Positions 42,144 to 53,419 of a stretch of 64,000 nucleotides of DNA are shown one piece after another. Below the pieces are notes generated by a model that worked only from the letters and a program-made list of their open reading frames with translations, ran no database searches and was not told the DNA's origin. Origin of the DNA: Rhynchopus sp. YZ270_cl-10 (taxonomy: Eukaryota); assembly GCA_964035575.1 (NCBI GenBank), contig OZ037839.1, forward strand, positions 1,860,001-1,924,000. Direction: 5' to 3'. The number at the start of each line of letters is the position of its first letter. Position 1 is the stretch's first letter. Position numbers and translations under genes: made by a program.

Positions 42144-42763
42144 CAGGGGTCCTAAGAGTGGTAACTTTTACCACTTCCGAAGTGACCTTTTTTATTTTTT
42201 TGAAATTCGAAGGTCACTTCGAAGTGACCTTCGAAAAGTGCCCTAAAAAGTGACCTTTTTTTTTATTTTTTGAAATCCGGAACGAAGTGACCTAGGTTAC
42301 TTAACATACACTGGGAGCACGTTGGAGGGTCTGGGATTTTTTTCGCGAATTTTTTTGAAATATTGCGTACCGTGGCTTCGCCAGAAACTTTCGTTTTAGC
42401 AAAATACGCAAGTAATTTACGGAAACTTACGATAATTACCAACGATAGTGCCATTTTATGGCAACATTTTTTAGAAATGTTGCGTACCGTGGCTTCGCCA
42501 GGAACCAAAACGGTGACACAGACCGCTGCGAAAATTGCCTCACAAGAAAAAAATGTATCTAGTACCCTGTCCCTATGATAACCAACGTCCGGCGATAACC
42601 AACGTCCAGTGTATGTCCGAGGATTTGCAGCTTTTCAACTTCACTTGTGTTGTTGCCATACCGCCTCTGAGGGGGGAAAGTTTTTTTTTTCCTCCCCAAA
42701 AAACGAGAAGTGACCTTGAAGTTACCATTTTAAATTTTTTTGAGAACAGCGTTAGGACCCCTG
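42144..42763. mobile_element. Non-autonomous hAT-type MITE
   Basis: TIRs CAGGGGTCCTAA/TTAGGACCCCTG, 8-bp TSD CTTGGGGT, empty site in paralogous spacers. Confidence 0.92.
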
Positions 42764-44041
42764 CTTGGGGTCTCTCTTCCGCATTTTTTCTTCTTTCTTC
42801 CTGCCAAGTGAGGCTATTATGCTCATCTTTGCAACCCTTCATATCAGAACGAACTGGATATTGTCTGCTGGATGGGGTCCACTCCGGTACACCGTTCACG
42901 CGGATTTTTGTATTTTAAGTCAAAAACTTCGCTGCAGAAGACCCCTCTATTCTCCAAGATCAATTTTTCTTTTACCTTTAAGCCAGCAACGACCAACCCG
43001 ACCGATGCGTCCCAGCTGGTGGAGCCCCCAGCAGACCCACCCTGCTGTTTTACGACATGCGTTTTGCGTCAGATGACCTCAGCGCATGAGCCCCAGATTG
43101 CTTTTATTTTTACTTTTATTGTTATTTGCATCACAAGCCAACCGGCGGTGTTAAGACCCAACCCATGCGTCCCAGCTGGTGGACCTCCACACAGACCTCA
43201 TCTGCATTATGTTTGAACGAACGTTCAGTCCTGGTAATATTGACGTTCAGAGACCCCTTTTAACAAAGTTTTAGGTTTTCCTTGTCCCCTTGTTTTTTGA
43301 GGATACCTATTCGGGGTTTGCAGACGCTGCCTTGTTTCTATTTTTTCTCAGATGGAGACTCTCTGCATGGGTTCATCCGTCTTTGGGCTGACATCGTCAG
43401 TCGCAGGAGCTTGCGTCCTGCTCTTTTTACCTTTTTTCGTACCCTCCACCCACACTTCTAGCGACCTTCGTGGGAGGTGGGGCACATTCTATCATTTTGT
43501 GTCGACCAAGCTGCGTTTTACTACTCTTTTTGTTGTGCATTCATTTTTTCGTACCAACCGGACTGCAGACAGACTTACCGTATTCGTACAAAAATTGTCG
43601 ACCGTAATGATGTTCGACCTTTTCAGGGTTTTTCTCGAAGTTCGACCTTTTTTACGATAATTTGTATCGAAGACGGAAATTAACCTGTTGTTGGGAGGCA
43701 ATGTCTCTCAGTATTATTTAAGATGATGATATGCAGTACAGGTGTGACTGAAGGGGGGTGCTATTTTTAGGATATTTTCTGCTACTTTCTGCTATTTTGG
43801 GGTTCGTCAGCCACACCAAGTGTTTATGATTACCTGCAGTATACCTTTTTTTTCTAATCCGGGGCGGGTTGGAGTAGAGCCACATTTCACCGACAGGTCG
43901 AGGTGTGTGCGTTTCGCCACAACCTCTCCGTTTTGTCTTTATTGTTTTTTGATTGTTTTATTGTTTGCGTGAAAAACATTAATAAGAAAAAGTAGGAGTG
44001 CGGTTTCAAAAAAAATACATTGTGCACCATGCTTTCTATTG

Positions 44042-44093
44042 CATACTGTGGGTGTTATAACGGTATCGATTACGTTATAACACCCACAGTATG
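44042..44093. repeat. 52-bp hairpin insertion
   Basis: Perfect 21-bp arms with a 10-nt loop, flanked by TATTG on both sides; absent from paralogous spacers. Confidence 0.85.
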
Positions 44094-44551
44094 TATTGTT
44101 TTAAAAAAAAATTATTGCTATCGCTAATTCAAGTAGTAATTGACCCCACCACCACCACCACCACCTTCGCCTCATCCATACTGTTTTGTTCTTTGTTGTG
44201 TTCCGTTTGCCATTTGAGGTGCTCCATTCTTTACTTGCACTGATCCTTGCACACGAGGAGAGCACGTGAAGCCGTAGTGGTAGCAGTGTGGGCACCACGT
44301 ATCTACGGCACGCGGTTCATTAGCTTCCTTGCTACACTGTGTACGATCGTTCGTTAACGGGCTCAACCAGACAAATCACTCCACCACGAGCGGCCATGCA
44401 CCACTTTTTTATGAACCTTCACAGAGCCCCCTCACCTGCCCTCTGCACACCTCAACACACACGACACCACTCCACTGACCACCCTCACCTCTTACCACAG
44501 AGACTGTACGTACGTGAAGGCTTTGTACAGTTTGACAAAACCTTCTTGCAC

Positions 44552-46312
44552 ATGGGCTGTTGGGCGTGTGTTGAGTGGATAGTTTCGGGCAATGGGAAGT
44601 ATGGTGCGCGAGAGTCTACACAGAGGCTGCTGTTCCTTACGTTTGCTGCCGTTGGCCTGCCCTTCACGCTGGTGGCCTCGTGGGCGCACAGGGAGCGTCT
44701 CGTCGCCAACAAGTCTATGCTAGGGAACTCGGTGCTCACGGTGCTCTCCTTCCTCGTCACCATCTTCCTCGTGGCGTTCAGGTTCCCGGTCTCAGAGCGC
44801 ACCATCGTGGGTGTGATGTACTTCCAGTGTGTGCTCGTCTTCGCGGCAGATCTAAATGCACGTGTGTTGGGCTCAGAGCGCTGGCCGATTGTGATGCTTG
44901 CAGTGGACTACCTGCTTGTGCAGAGGGTGTCCACGCGCTACTCAGTGTGGCTTGTCGCCACCACTGCAGTCTACCTCTCGGTTGTGGCGGGCGAGCAGAC
45001 GCTGCGCTTAGGGCTGTTTGACCTGCCAGGCATGCTGCCACAGGAGGGCGAGTATGGGCGGCGTGCGTTCTATGAGTCTAGGATCGCGTGCGACACCCTG
45101 CCCTGTGCGGAGGACTTCCCGCCACGCACGTTCTTCGTCTCCCTCGCCGTCTTTTTGCTCGACTTTATGGCGACACGAGGCTTTGCACGCGACGTGCTGA
45201 AGGAGCAGGCGTCCATGGCACAGACAATCAGCACCGTGCAGGAGATCGCCTCCCTCCTAGCTGGCTACGACGTGGAGAAGGTGGCGGAGCTGCTGGAGGC
45301 GCATGGAGCGGACCTGCCTGAGGGGATGCTTCTTGCACTCAGTGCGTTGGAGGCGAACCTGCGTGTGTACAAAGCGTACCTGCCGACGACGTGTCTGCCT
45401 TTTGACGGATTTGCTGCTAACGAAGGTGAGTTGGACGAGGCACGTGAAAGGTCTGCGTCCGAGAGCTCGGAGGACACTGCCACGCTGTCCACGGGGAGCC
45501 TCTCAGTGTCGCAGTCACGTATCCTCACGAAGACCACCGCACGGCTGGACTTGCTGCCTGTGAAGGCAACGCTGCTGACGCTGAACATCAAAGACTCGCT
45601 CCGCCTTCTTGACGACACTACACACTTCTGTGAGATGTTCACGTCTCTCCTGCTTGAGACACTCAGCTCAGCAAGTGTGAACCGTGGCATGGTGGACGTG
45701 TTCATCGGAGACCGCATCCACTGCTCCTTCAACACATCACGGCCATGTGCCAGCCACGCCACCTCAGCGCTCCACACGGCGACGCTACTGCTGAAGGGCA
45801 TAGGCCGCTGCGAGTCCTTCTTCAACATCGGCATCGCAACAGGGAAGGTGCTCCGTGGCGACATGGGCTGTGAGATGATGCGCCGCTTCAGCATGATCGG
45901 CACTCTCGCGCGCGACGTGAACGGGATGGAACGTGCGGGGCGCATCCTCGGCTGCGATGTGCTCTGCAACCGCCTCTGCTTCAGCGACGGGGAGCTGGAG
46001 CACCAGCTGCGCCTTATCCCACGCAAGGTGGAGGTGGACGCGGGGTGTGACGAGGAGGTGGTGGCCGAGCTGGTGGTGACGCTGACTGCGTCTGAAGATG
46101 ACACACCTACGGGGGAGTGGATGTACACGCTCGGGAAGAAGGACTGGGATGCGTACAACAGCTCTGTGCGTGCGTACTTCAAGGGCGAAGCCTCTGCTGC
46201 AGACGTCACAGAAGCAGGACTCTTGCACACACACTGTCTCTCATACCAAGCACCTTCCACAACCTACACCACTCTACGCCTACCGGCCCGTTCTAAGGGC
46301 AGGGAGAACTGA
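44552..46312 (+). CDS. Multi-pass membrane protein with a divergent class III adenylate/guanylate cyclase-like domain
   Basis: Several hydrophobic segments, then GMVDVFIGDRIHCSFN and NIGIATGKVLRGDMG..RRFSMIG. Confidence 0.8.
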   Translation: MGCWACVEWIVSGNGKYGARESTQRLLFLTFAAVGLPFTLVASWAHRERLVANKSMLGNSVLTVLSFLVTIFLVAFRFPVSERTIVGVMYFQCVLVFAADLNARVLGSERWPIVMLAVDYLLVQRVSTRYSVWLVATTAVYLSVVAGEQTLRLGLFDLPGMLPQEGEYGRRAFYESRIACDTLPCAEDFPPRTFFVSLAVFLLDFMATRGFARDVLKEQASMAQTISTVQEIASLLAGYDVEKVAELLEAHGADLPEGMLLALSALEANLRVYKAYLPTTCLPFDGFAANEGELDEARERSASESSEDTATLSTGSLSVSQSRILTKTTARLDLLPVKATLLTLNIKDSLRLLDDTTHFCEMFTSLLLETLSSASVNRGMVDVFIGDRIHCSFNTSRPCASHATSALHTATLLLKGIGRCESFFNIGIATGKVLRGDMGCEMMRRFSMIGTLARDVNGMERAGRILGCDVLCNRLCFSDGELEHQLRLIPRKVEVDAGCDEEVVAELVVTLTASEDDTPTGEWMYTLGKKDWDAYNSSVRAYFKGEASAADVTEAGLLHTHCLSYQAPSTTYTTLRLPARSKGREN

Positions 46313-46484
46313 GCACACACCTGCAACGCGAAGCGAATTTCCATTCTCTTCGCATTGTAGACCATTCGGTGCAAGCATAAATATACTAGCTAAAAAACTA
46401 AGTCCCACTCTCAGGGCTGGAATTCCGACCTGTAGGCGAGAGGACTTAAGTTAACTTTTCTTTCACTTCGACTTCGTTTTTCGA

Positions 46485-46605
46485 GGTGACCCACCTGATT
46501 TTGTCTGAAAATTTGTGTGGTGTTCAGTGGTGGTGTTTAATACAATACCACCAAACCCCACTGATCTCCACCAAAATTTCAGGCAAAATCATGTGAGTGG
46601 TCACC
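46485..46605. repeat. Imperfect inverted repeat (decayed MITE-like)
   Basis: ggtgacc..tgattttgtctgaaaattt..cagtgg versus ccactg..aaatttcaggcaaaatca..ggtcacc. Confidence 0.6.
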
Positions 46606-47114
46606 ACATGTCTATTTGTTTTTTCTACACTCACGCCTCACGACCTACCCTTTGCATTGAGCTTGACTGAGATGCGTTTTAGCACAACTCTTTTTTTGCT
46701 CAAGAGGCGTATGACGTGGGTAGCGTACCAACTAAACAAAAGATGAAAGGGGGTTTTTATTATTTCTCAAGAATACAATAAAGCCAACTTCGAACTTTTT
46801 CTGCACAAATGATATCTTTTTGACGCAGCCGTCAGATTGTACTTACTTCCTAATTCCTACTGCAGACGGCATAGCAGTGTTCCACACCACACCACACCAA
46901 GGGCCATATTCTGCGCAAGAATTACCCTCACTAGGCATTACCGCACCACACCGCATCCTCGCAGAAGAGATCAGTACAGTACCCAAGGAAGAAGGTCAGA
47001 GTGAGGCGACTGTATCCGTTCCGTTCGCCTTCTTCCGCTGCCCAATTTCAACCCCCCCCTTCGTCGGACAGTTGGAGGGGAAAGCGTCTTTCTTGTCCCA
47101 CCTGATGATGCATA

Positions 47115-47584
47115 CTATGCAGCTATGCAGCTATGCAGCTATGCAGCTATGCAGCTATGCAGCTATGCAGCTATGCAGCTATGCAGCTATGCAGCTATGC
47201 AGCTATGCAGCTATGCAGCTATGCAGCTATGCAGCTATGCAGCTATGCAGCTATGCAGCTATGCAGCTATGCAGCTATGCAGCTATGCAGCTATGCAGCT
47301 ATGCAGCTATGCAGCTATGCAGCTATGCAGCTATGCAGCTATGCAGCTATGCAGCTATGCAGCTATGCAGCTATGCAGCTATGCAGCTATGCAGCTATGC
47401 AGCTATGCAGCTATGCAGCTATGCAGCTATGCAGCTATGCAGCTATGCAGCTATGCAGCTATGCAGCTATGCAGCTATGCAGCTATGCAGCTATGCAGCT
47501 ATGCAGCTATGCAGCTATGCAGCTATGCAGCTATGCAGCTATGCAGCTATGCAGCTATGCAGCTATGCAGCTATGCAGCTATGC
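47115..47584. repeat. (ATGCAGCT)n 8-bp satellite, ~58 units
   Basis: Uninterrupted tandem array of 470 bp. Confidence 0.98.
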
Positions 47585-47881
47585 GTTGTGCTCCCCTGCT
47601 CTCCATACCCCACGCACGCATACGTCTTGCAGCAACTCTGGCCCTGATGAACAAGGGAAGACAACTCCATTGGAGGCGACGCGAGCGGGCTGGATTGTTT
47701 TTCAAGTCAAATTTTCACTTTTGAGCATCTGTAGCACTTTTTAGGCTTTTGCCACTGTTCACGAGACACTGCATTTCAAGCCAACTCTTTGCTCGCTTTC
47801 CTCCTTTCTCCCACACACTTTCCCTACAGGACACCTCCACCCCCTCCACCCTCCACCCCCTCCAGGTCTCTTCCAGCTTCT

Positions 47882-50800
47882 ATGGCACAATGTGGGTTGA
47901 TCGGGCAGTTCCCTGGGGACGACGAGAAACGAGCCAAGCTTGCAGAGATGGAGTCTCGTCTCTCACACGGAGACGTGCCCACAGCGGCAGAGGTGCTGGA
48001 GGTGCTGGAGCTGCTGCCGTACCGTGGGAGGGTCGCGTTTGTACGCCGCCTTGTGGACGCAGATGCTGGGGGGGAGATGCTGTGGACGTTGTTCATGAGC
48101 TGTGTGGGCGGTGTGGAGGGGCAGCCAGGCAACGGCACAATGCATAGCCATGCGAAGGCCGTGATCACTGCAGGACGTGGCTCGCAGGCGGTGCGGATGT
48201 TCCGCGAATATGAGACGCGCGGTGGGCGGCGTCACCGCATGGCGTTGCTGGGCGCTGCCATCGGCGATGTTGCGCTGGGTGATGAGGAGCTGCTCGAGGC
48301 CTACCGGAACTCCGTTGTGAAGGACCGGGCTGAGGTCCTGGCACGCGCCAAGCATGGCGGACGGGGCGGGTTTCTGCGTCTGCTCCTCGACGCAGGCGAG
48401 GTCGTGTTGGTGGACGTCGTGTACGCTGTGCCGGGGTTGATGTCAGGCGCGCTGCTTGCACCCACCGCCACACCTGCCTCGCAGGAGACCATCTGGCATC
48501 ACGGCTTCAGAAACTGGTCGGCACACGGAGACACCTATATCGCCTTCCTCCGTGCAGAGCTGAGTGCCTGCGGCACCAACGCTCTCGAACGAGGCCGTAT
48601 CTTCCGCAAATTCGAGCGCAAAATCCACGGCAACGTCACTGCACCACAGGTCCTCCGCCTAGCAGCACTGTGCAAAGACCTCCAACCCTTAGAGTTCTCG
48701 GAGGTAGTGTCGAAGAAGAAGAATGGCACCAAGGTGAAGCAACAGCAGTACCTCGCAGCTGAGTCCCTCAGTGGCAGGTTAGATCTTTCCTTCCCTGGTG
48801 TGCGTGTGGCGATGCCGGGCACGAAGCTGCTGCAGAAGCTTGAGAAGAAGGTTGCCTTCGTGGAGAGCCTCCTGGTGACCGCTGACGACGGCGCATTGAG
48901 TATCGAGCGAGGGTACGAAGACACAGTGCAGAGCGCCCTGCAGCTTGCGAGATCGTCGCGCAGTCGTGACCAGCTGACCGTCCTCGCAACGAAGTGCTTT
49001 GCGCACCTCCCCGAGGACGCCTTCTGGCTGCACACCCTGCGCCACCACCGTGATGGGGATCGGGATGTGTTGGACCCTTGGGATGCAATGTGCACGCCAG
49101 AGATCCGCTTCTTTTCTGATCTTGTCGGATTGTTGGACTTCAACATGAACGGTGATCACCGAAGCACTGATGCCGTTGTGGACGCGTGGGTCGCACTGCA
49201 TCGTCGTTGCGTCCCAAATGCTGACACGGCTGCACGGCTTGCGAGATGTGTGTCGCTGAAGCCGCTTCCCTGCGGTGTGGCTGGGGAGCACTTCCTGTGG
49301 ACGCAGTGGGTGGGGAGTGTTGGAAGTGCTTTCGGTGCACCGGTTCTTGCCTCGTTGAAGGAGGCGGGGCGCTTGGTGGTGTGCACTGACCTGGAGGGAC
49401 GGTCGGGGCTGACGGCGCATCTTGGCTTCGTGTCGGCACTGCAGGACACCCTGGTGGCTGCGTTGGAGCTGCCTCTTGCCTTCGCAGCCAAGGCAGAGGG
49501 CGCACCTACGTGGGAGATGCCCGCCACAGTCATGCATACGCTCTCCACAGCGCTGCTTCCGTCTATAGGCCCACAGCACGCCGTGCTGCTCCATGCAGGA
49601 TCAGACTCCCCTGTGCTGTCCCGTCACCGCAGTGCGCTGTGCGCGTTGCACACAGAAGTCATGGCCCCGCTGCTGACGGGGCTGCTTGGTGCCTTCAGTG
49701 CCACATCGGAGCTGTACATGAAGGAGGCTGCCCTCACAGCGTGGGAGCAGTTCTTCAGCTTCTTTGCCGATGAGAGGTATAAAGCACTTTTTGCGCATTC
49801 GCCAGCATTCATGGAGGCAACACTCGAGACGCTGGAGGGGTGCCTGTCTGTGGTGCACCTGACGCAGGAGCAGAAGGACCAACGCTTCGCAGTGCTGCAG
49901 CACGGTGGCGTGCGTTCCTTCCGTGTTTACGTTGTAGGGCGGCATGGAGAGTTCGTGCAGAAGACGATGGAGGTGGTGCTGATGATGTCGACCGTTCTGC
50001 ACAGTCAGGAAAAATGGCGAAGATATGAAGAAGATACAGCGCTCGACGCGCTTGCGATGCGTCTGTGGACGTTGTACAAGCAGACAGAGTTCATGCAGGT
50101 AGAGGAAGGAGTGGTGCTGCTGGAGAAGCTGCAGAGGAGCTGGGAAAAAGAAGGAAAGAAAGACAAATATGAGAAGAAGCGTGCACAGTACCTCAGAGCT
50201 GTGGGTGGGCAGCGCCGTGCAGTGGTGCTTGCAGAACAGGGCACCATCCTCAAAGTGGCGCAAGGGGACGAATGCTTCCAGCAGCTTGGGACGGAAAAGC
50301 TGCGTAAGGTAGGCCTCCTTGACATCCTGTACACAGCGAACCCACACCTGTCGGATCGCCTCCTGCCATGGATTCACTGTCTGCCCTCTGTCCTGGAAGG
50401 CACCAACCCCATTGCCACGACACTCACCGAGGACGCAAAGTCAAGCGACGTGCTTGAACGCATGAAGGCACACTGCAACATGGTCGACTGTGCGTCCTCG
50501 AAGCTGGAGGGTGTCGGTGGGAACGTTGATTTGGCAGGTTTTGTACGTGTTCTGGAAGATGTCTGCAGACGGACACGGAACGAGGCCAGTTATGCACGCG
50601 AGCACCTGCAGGACACCTTGCATACGCACCTCCACCTCATGGTGCGTGCGTCGCTATGTGCGGGCACAGATGCAGAAGCACTTCAAGCGACACAAGCACT
50701 CCACGCGCAGATCCTAACGCTGGTGCGAGACAACGACTCGAAGCGCGACAGCATCAAGGGCAGGTATCTCAATCCGGAGAAGATCCTTCGATTTGCGCTG

Positions 50801-53401
50801 GCGTTCGACAACGAGCAGACCTGGGGCAGGCCTGCAAAGGCTCTGTGCAGACGCAGCGATGTGCGGCGTGCATGGGTTGAGCTTGCGGTGCGCATTGAGT
50901 TCCTCGCGATGAAGAACCTTGGTGAGGAGCAGTGCCGGCAGGTGGCCTTCCCATCGTTGCCGGCGGGTTTTGTTGCTAGCCTGCCTGCGTGGGACCTCGC
51001 CAGCATCGATGCACGCAAAGTTGCGCACATCGCACAGCAGCACTACGGCCAGCACGCCGCACAGCAGACGGCAAAGCTTCTTGCCGCCACAGCAAACAGC
51101 CCCGCCAGCGCGGGCACGCCCTATTCAGTTATAGAGTGCGCAGAGATGCTGACCTCCGCCCTCGACGCTGTGAAGTCGACAACCGCACTCAAGGACCATA
51201 ACTTCTTTGGCCTCGACGGCGTGGAGCTCAGCACAGGGGAGGTGAAGGCGGTGTTTGCGCGGGTTGCCTTCCTTGCGAAGATATGTAAATGGCAGTGGGT
51301 CAACTGTGCGCAGGTGACGGACTTTGTGGATGCATTCGTGGAGCGTGTGAAGACACCGGCATGGTCGACAATGCGCATGGACGTGAGAGAGGAACACGCG
51401 AAGCAGGGGCTAATGCTGTACCAGCTGCTTGGGAAGACGGTGCCGACGCACTTCCGCAGCGCCTCCGCGCAGCTCACTGCGCTGTGCACGGCGCTGCTGC
51501 AGGAGACGGTGGGCATCGCATCGCTGCAGAAAGGCTTCAGGCAGACGGCGCACGCAGCGGCGAAGATGTTCCTCTCACTGCACAGCACAGGAACCGTGTT
51601 CGAAGGCGTCTCGCCCTACGAGTTGATCCTGCTTGCGGAGGTCGGGAAGAAAGCCCTGCTGCCCCTCAAGCGCCGAAGAGCGGACTTCAAGGCAGGCAAC
51701 TCTGAAGCACTGCTCAGTGCGGTGAGTACCATTCTCGACCTCTCTCCGAGTGCCGTGCACCTGGACACAGTGCGCACAGCGTTGATCTGCCACAGAGACG
51801 ACCTGCTCACGCTCTTCTTGGGGAGGCCGTGTGCAGACTTCAGCGGCCCGCTTCAACGTGACACTAAAGTGCCGAAGGGCGTGTTTGTGTTGAACATTGA
51901 GGCGCGATACCTGCCGTGTTTGAACGGGGCGTGCGCAGAGTTGTACAGCACGCTCTTGTTGAAGAACGCACTGCGGTTGGAAGCAAGCACGCAGGAGCGC
52001 ACACAAGCTGTTTCGGACTACGTCATGTTCACATCGACGTCGGGCGAGGACATCGTGGCGTTGCTGCAGACGCTTCAGAAGGACAGCCCCGCCATGGTCG
52101 AGGTGGCTGTGCTTGCGGCATTCAAGACCGACTCCGCGTGGTGCGTTCTGGAGTACCTGCTGCGCCCCGCAGTGCTCAAGGGGGCACCACAGGCGACCAC
52201 TGCCGCAGTCCTGCGGAATCTGTGTCTGTGGGCGCCACCAGAAAGGGTGACCGCTGTCCTCAAGCGTCTTCTCACGGAACAGGACAGCAGAAGCGCGATG
52301 CGCATGCCGCTCTTCAAAAGCGTCGTACGCGAGCTTCTCAACTCCACCGACACCACCGCCACAGGAGTGCTTCTGCACGAATGGCGCAACCGCAAACACA
52401 ACGCACTCCACAAAGACCTTCAGCGCGAAGTCGTCGGCAGCTGTCTTACACAGGTCCTCGACGTGACGTCCACAGGGAAGGCGGTGCCAACAGACGACGT
52501 GTGGGAAGTCCTCGCAGAGGCCGCTGACCCTGCACAGAACCCTGAGGAGGTGCAGCTTGAGCTCCTTGTACCACGAGGGTATCAAAACGTCTGGTTTGAC
52601 GCAGGTGGGGACACGTATCGATATGGAGTCAGGAGGGTCGACCCTACCATGGACCACTGGGTGGAGAATATGAGGTCTACCGAGTTCATGAAGAGGTACA
52701 GACAGAGGATTTCCGAAAGTGAAGGCTACAAATCTTGCGTCCCTCGTCTGCGCTACTGCGTGGACGCTCAGGACGTTGAGGACCCACGCTATATGCAGCA
52801 GAACGCGCGGACGAAGCGTGTCCTGGAGTTCCTCCAGCACGCAGGCACACAGCTTGCAGAGGGTGCGCAGGACGAGCACATCCGCACGATTGCAGAAGTG
52901 GGCCGCTTTCAGTACGACTGGCGTGGGTGGTCCGGGCACATTGAAGTGGACACGCTGAGGGAGATGGAGGCCGCTTTCTTGAGGCGCATCCCTGACACGC
53001 AAGATAGCAACGTTCCCATCGATATCCCAGACGAATTTGTGGCTTTCAAACTGAGCAGAGTGTACACGCATTATGTAATGACATGTTTGGAGAAGAGAGA
53101 AATGTGCAAGCAGACGTACACACCCTTCGAGCGGAGTCAGGGCTTGGCGCGTGCGCACATTGTGCAGTCGAACCCAGTCGCGCAGCAGTTCATGTCGTTT
53201 TCCGGCACAATCATCAACGGCCTGCTCGACACACCTGTGCGTAACCACGTCCGGCGGCATTACTTCAGGGCTGCTGCCGCCAATATTATCTTTGCAAGCA
53301 TGAGCCGTGGCTGGCAGAAGGACCTTATATCGACGCCACACCACGCCAGCCTGAGGCACATGGAGAATAAGAATTACCAAGAAATTTGTATTGAAAGGTG
53401 A
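47882..53401 (+). CDS. Large hypothetical protein (1839 aa), probably alpha-helical
   Basis: 5.5-kb uninterrupted ORF with ATG after a pyrimidine tract and CAG. Leu/Ala-rich, no motif recognised. Confidence 0.85.
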   Translation: MAQCGLIGQFPGDDEKRAKLAEMESRLSHGDVPTAAEVLEVLELLPYRGRVAFVRRLVDADAGGEMLWTLFMSCVGGVEGQPGNGTMHSHAKAVITAGRGSQAVRMFREYETRGGRRHRMALLGAAIGDVALGDEELLEAYRNSVVKDRAEVLARAKHGGRGGFLRLLLDAGEVVLVDVVYAVPGLMSGALLAPTATPASQETIWHHGFRNWSAHGDTYIAFLRAELSACGTNALERGRIFRKFERKIHGNVTAPQVLRLAALCKDLQPLEFSEVVSKKKNGTKVKQQQYLAAESLSGRLDLSFPGVRVAMPGTKLLQKLEKKVAFVESLLVTADDGALSIERGYEDTVQSALQLARSSRSRDQLTVLATKCFAHLPEDAFWLHTLRHHRDGDRDVLDPWDAMCTPEIRFFSDLVGLLDFNMNGDHRSTDAVVDAWVALHRRCVPNADTAARLARCVSLKPLPCGVAGEHFLWTQWVGSVGSAFGAPVLASLKEAGRLVVCTDLEGRSGLTAHLGFVSALQDTLVAALELPLAFAAKAEGAPTWEMPATVMHTLSTALLPSIGPQHAVLLHAGSDSPVLSRHRSALCALHTEVMAPLLTGLLGAFSATSELYMKEAALTAWEQFFSFFADERYKALFAHSPAFMEATLETLEGCLSVVHLTQEQKDQRFAVLQHGGVRSFRVYVVGRHGEFVQKTMEVVLMMSTVLHSQEKWRRYEEDTALDALAMRLWTLYKQTEFMQVEEGVVLLEKLQRSWEKEGKKDKYEKKRAQYLRAVGGQRRAVVLAEQGTILKVAQGDECFQQLGTEKLRKVGLLDILYTANPHLSDRLLPWIHCLPSVLEGTNPIATTLTEDAKSSDVLERMKAHCNMVDCASSKLEGVGGNVDLAGFVRVLEDVCRRTRNEASYAREHLQDTLHTHLHLMVRASLCAGTDAEALQATQALHAQILTLVRDNDSKRDSIKGRYLNPEKILRFALAFDNEQTWGRPAKALCRRSDVRRAWVELAVRIEFLAMKNLGEEQCRQVAFPSLPAGFVASLPAWDLASIDARKVAHIAQQHYGQHAAQQTAKLLAATANSPASAGTPYSVIECAEMLTSALDAVKSTTALKDHNFFGLDGVELSTGEVKAVFARVAFLAKICKWQWVNCAQVTDFVDAFVERVKTPAWSTMRMDVREEHAKQGLMLYQLLGKTVPTHFRSASAQLTALCTALLQETVGIASLQKGFRQTAHAAAKMFLSLHSTGTVFEGVSPYELILLAEVGKKALLPLKRRRADFKAGNSEALLSAVSTILDLSPSAVHLDTVRTALICHRDDLLTLFLGRPCADFSGPLQRDTKVPKGVFVLNIEARYLPCLNGACAELYSTLLLKNALRLEASTQERTQAVSDYVMFTSTSGEDIVALLQTLQKDSPAMVEVAVLAAFKTDSAWCVLEYLLRPAVLKGAPQATTAAVLRNLCLWAPPERVTAVLKRLLTEQDSRSAMRMPLFKSVVRELLNSTDTTATGVLLHEWRNRKHNALHKDLQREVVGSCLTQVLDVTSTGKAVPTDDVWEVLAEAADPAQNPEEVQLELLVPRGYQNVWFDAGGDTYRYGVRRVDPTMDHWVENMRSTEFMKRYRQRISESEGYKSCVPRLRYCVDAQDVEDPRYMQQNARTKRVLEFLQHAGTQLAEGAQDEHIRTIAEVGRFQYDWRGWSGHIEVDTLREMEAAFLRRIPDTQDSNVPIDIPDEFVAFKLSRVYTHYVMTCLEKREMCKQTYTPFERSQGLARAHIVQSNPVAQQFMSFSGTIINGLLDTPVRNHVRRHYFRAAAANIIFASMSRGWQKDLISTPHHASLRHMENKNYQEICIER

Positions 53402-53419
53402 ACATGTGGGAGGGGGATG

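Noticed and set aside
46820..47744. ORFs encoding (MQLCSYAA)n
   Set aside because: By-product of a stop-free 8-bp satellite; no sign of coding function.
51575..53380. 601-aa minus-strand ORF
   Set aside because: Antisense shadow of the 1839-aa gene with no recognisable motifs.
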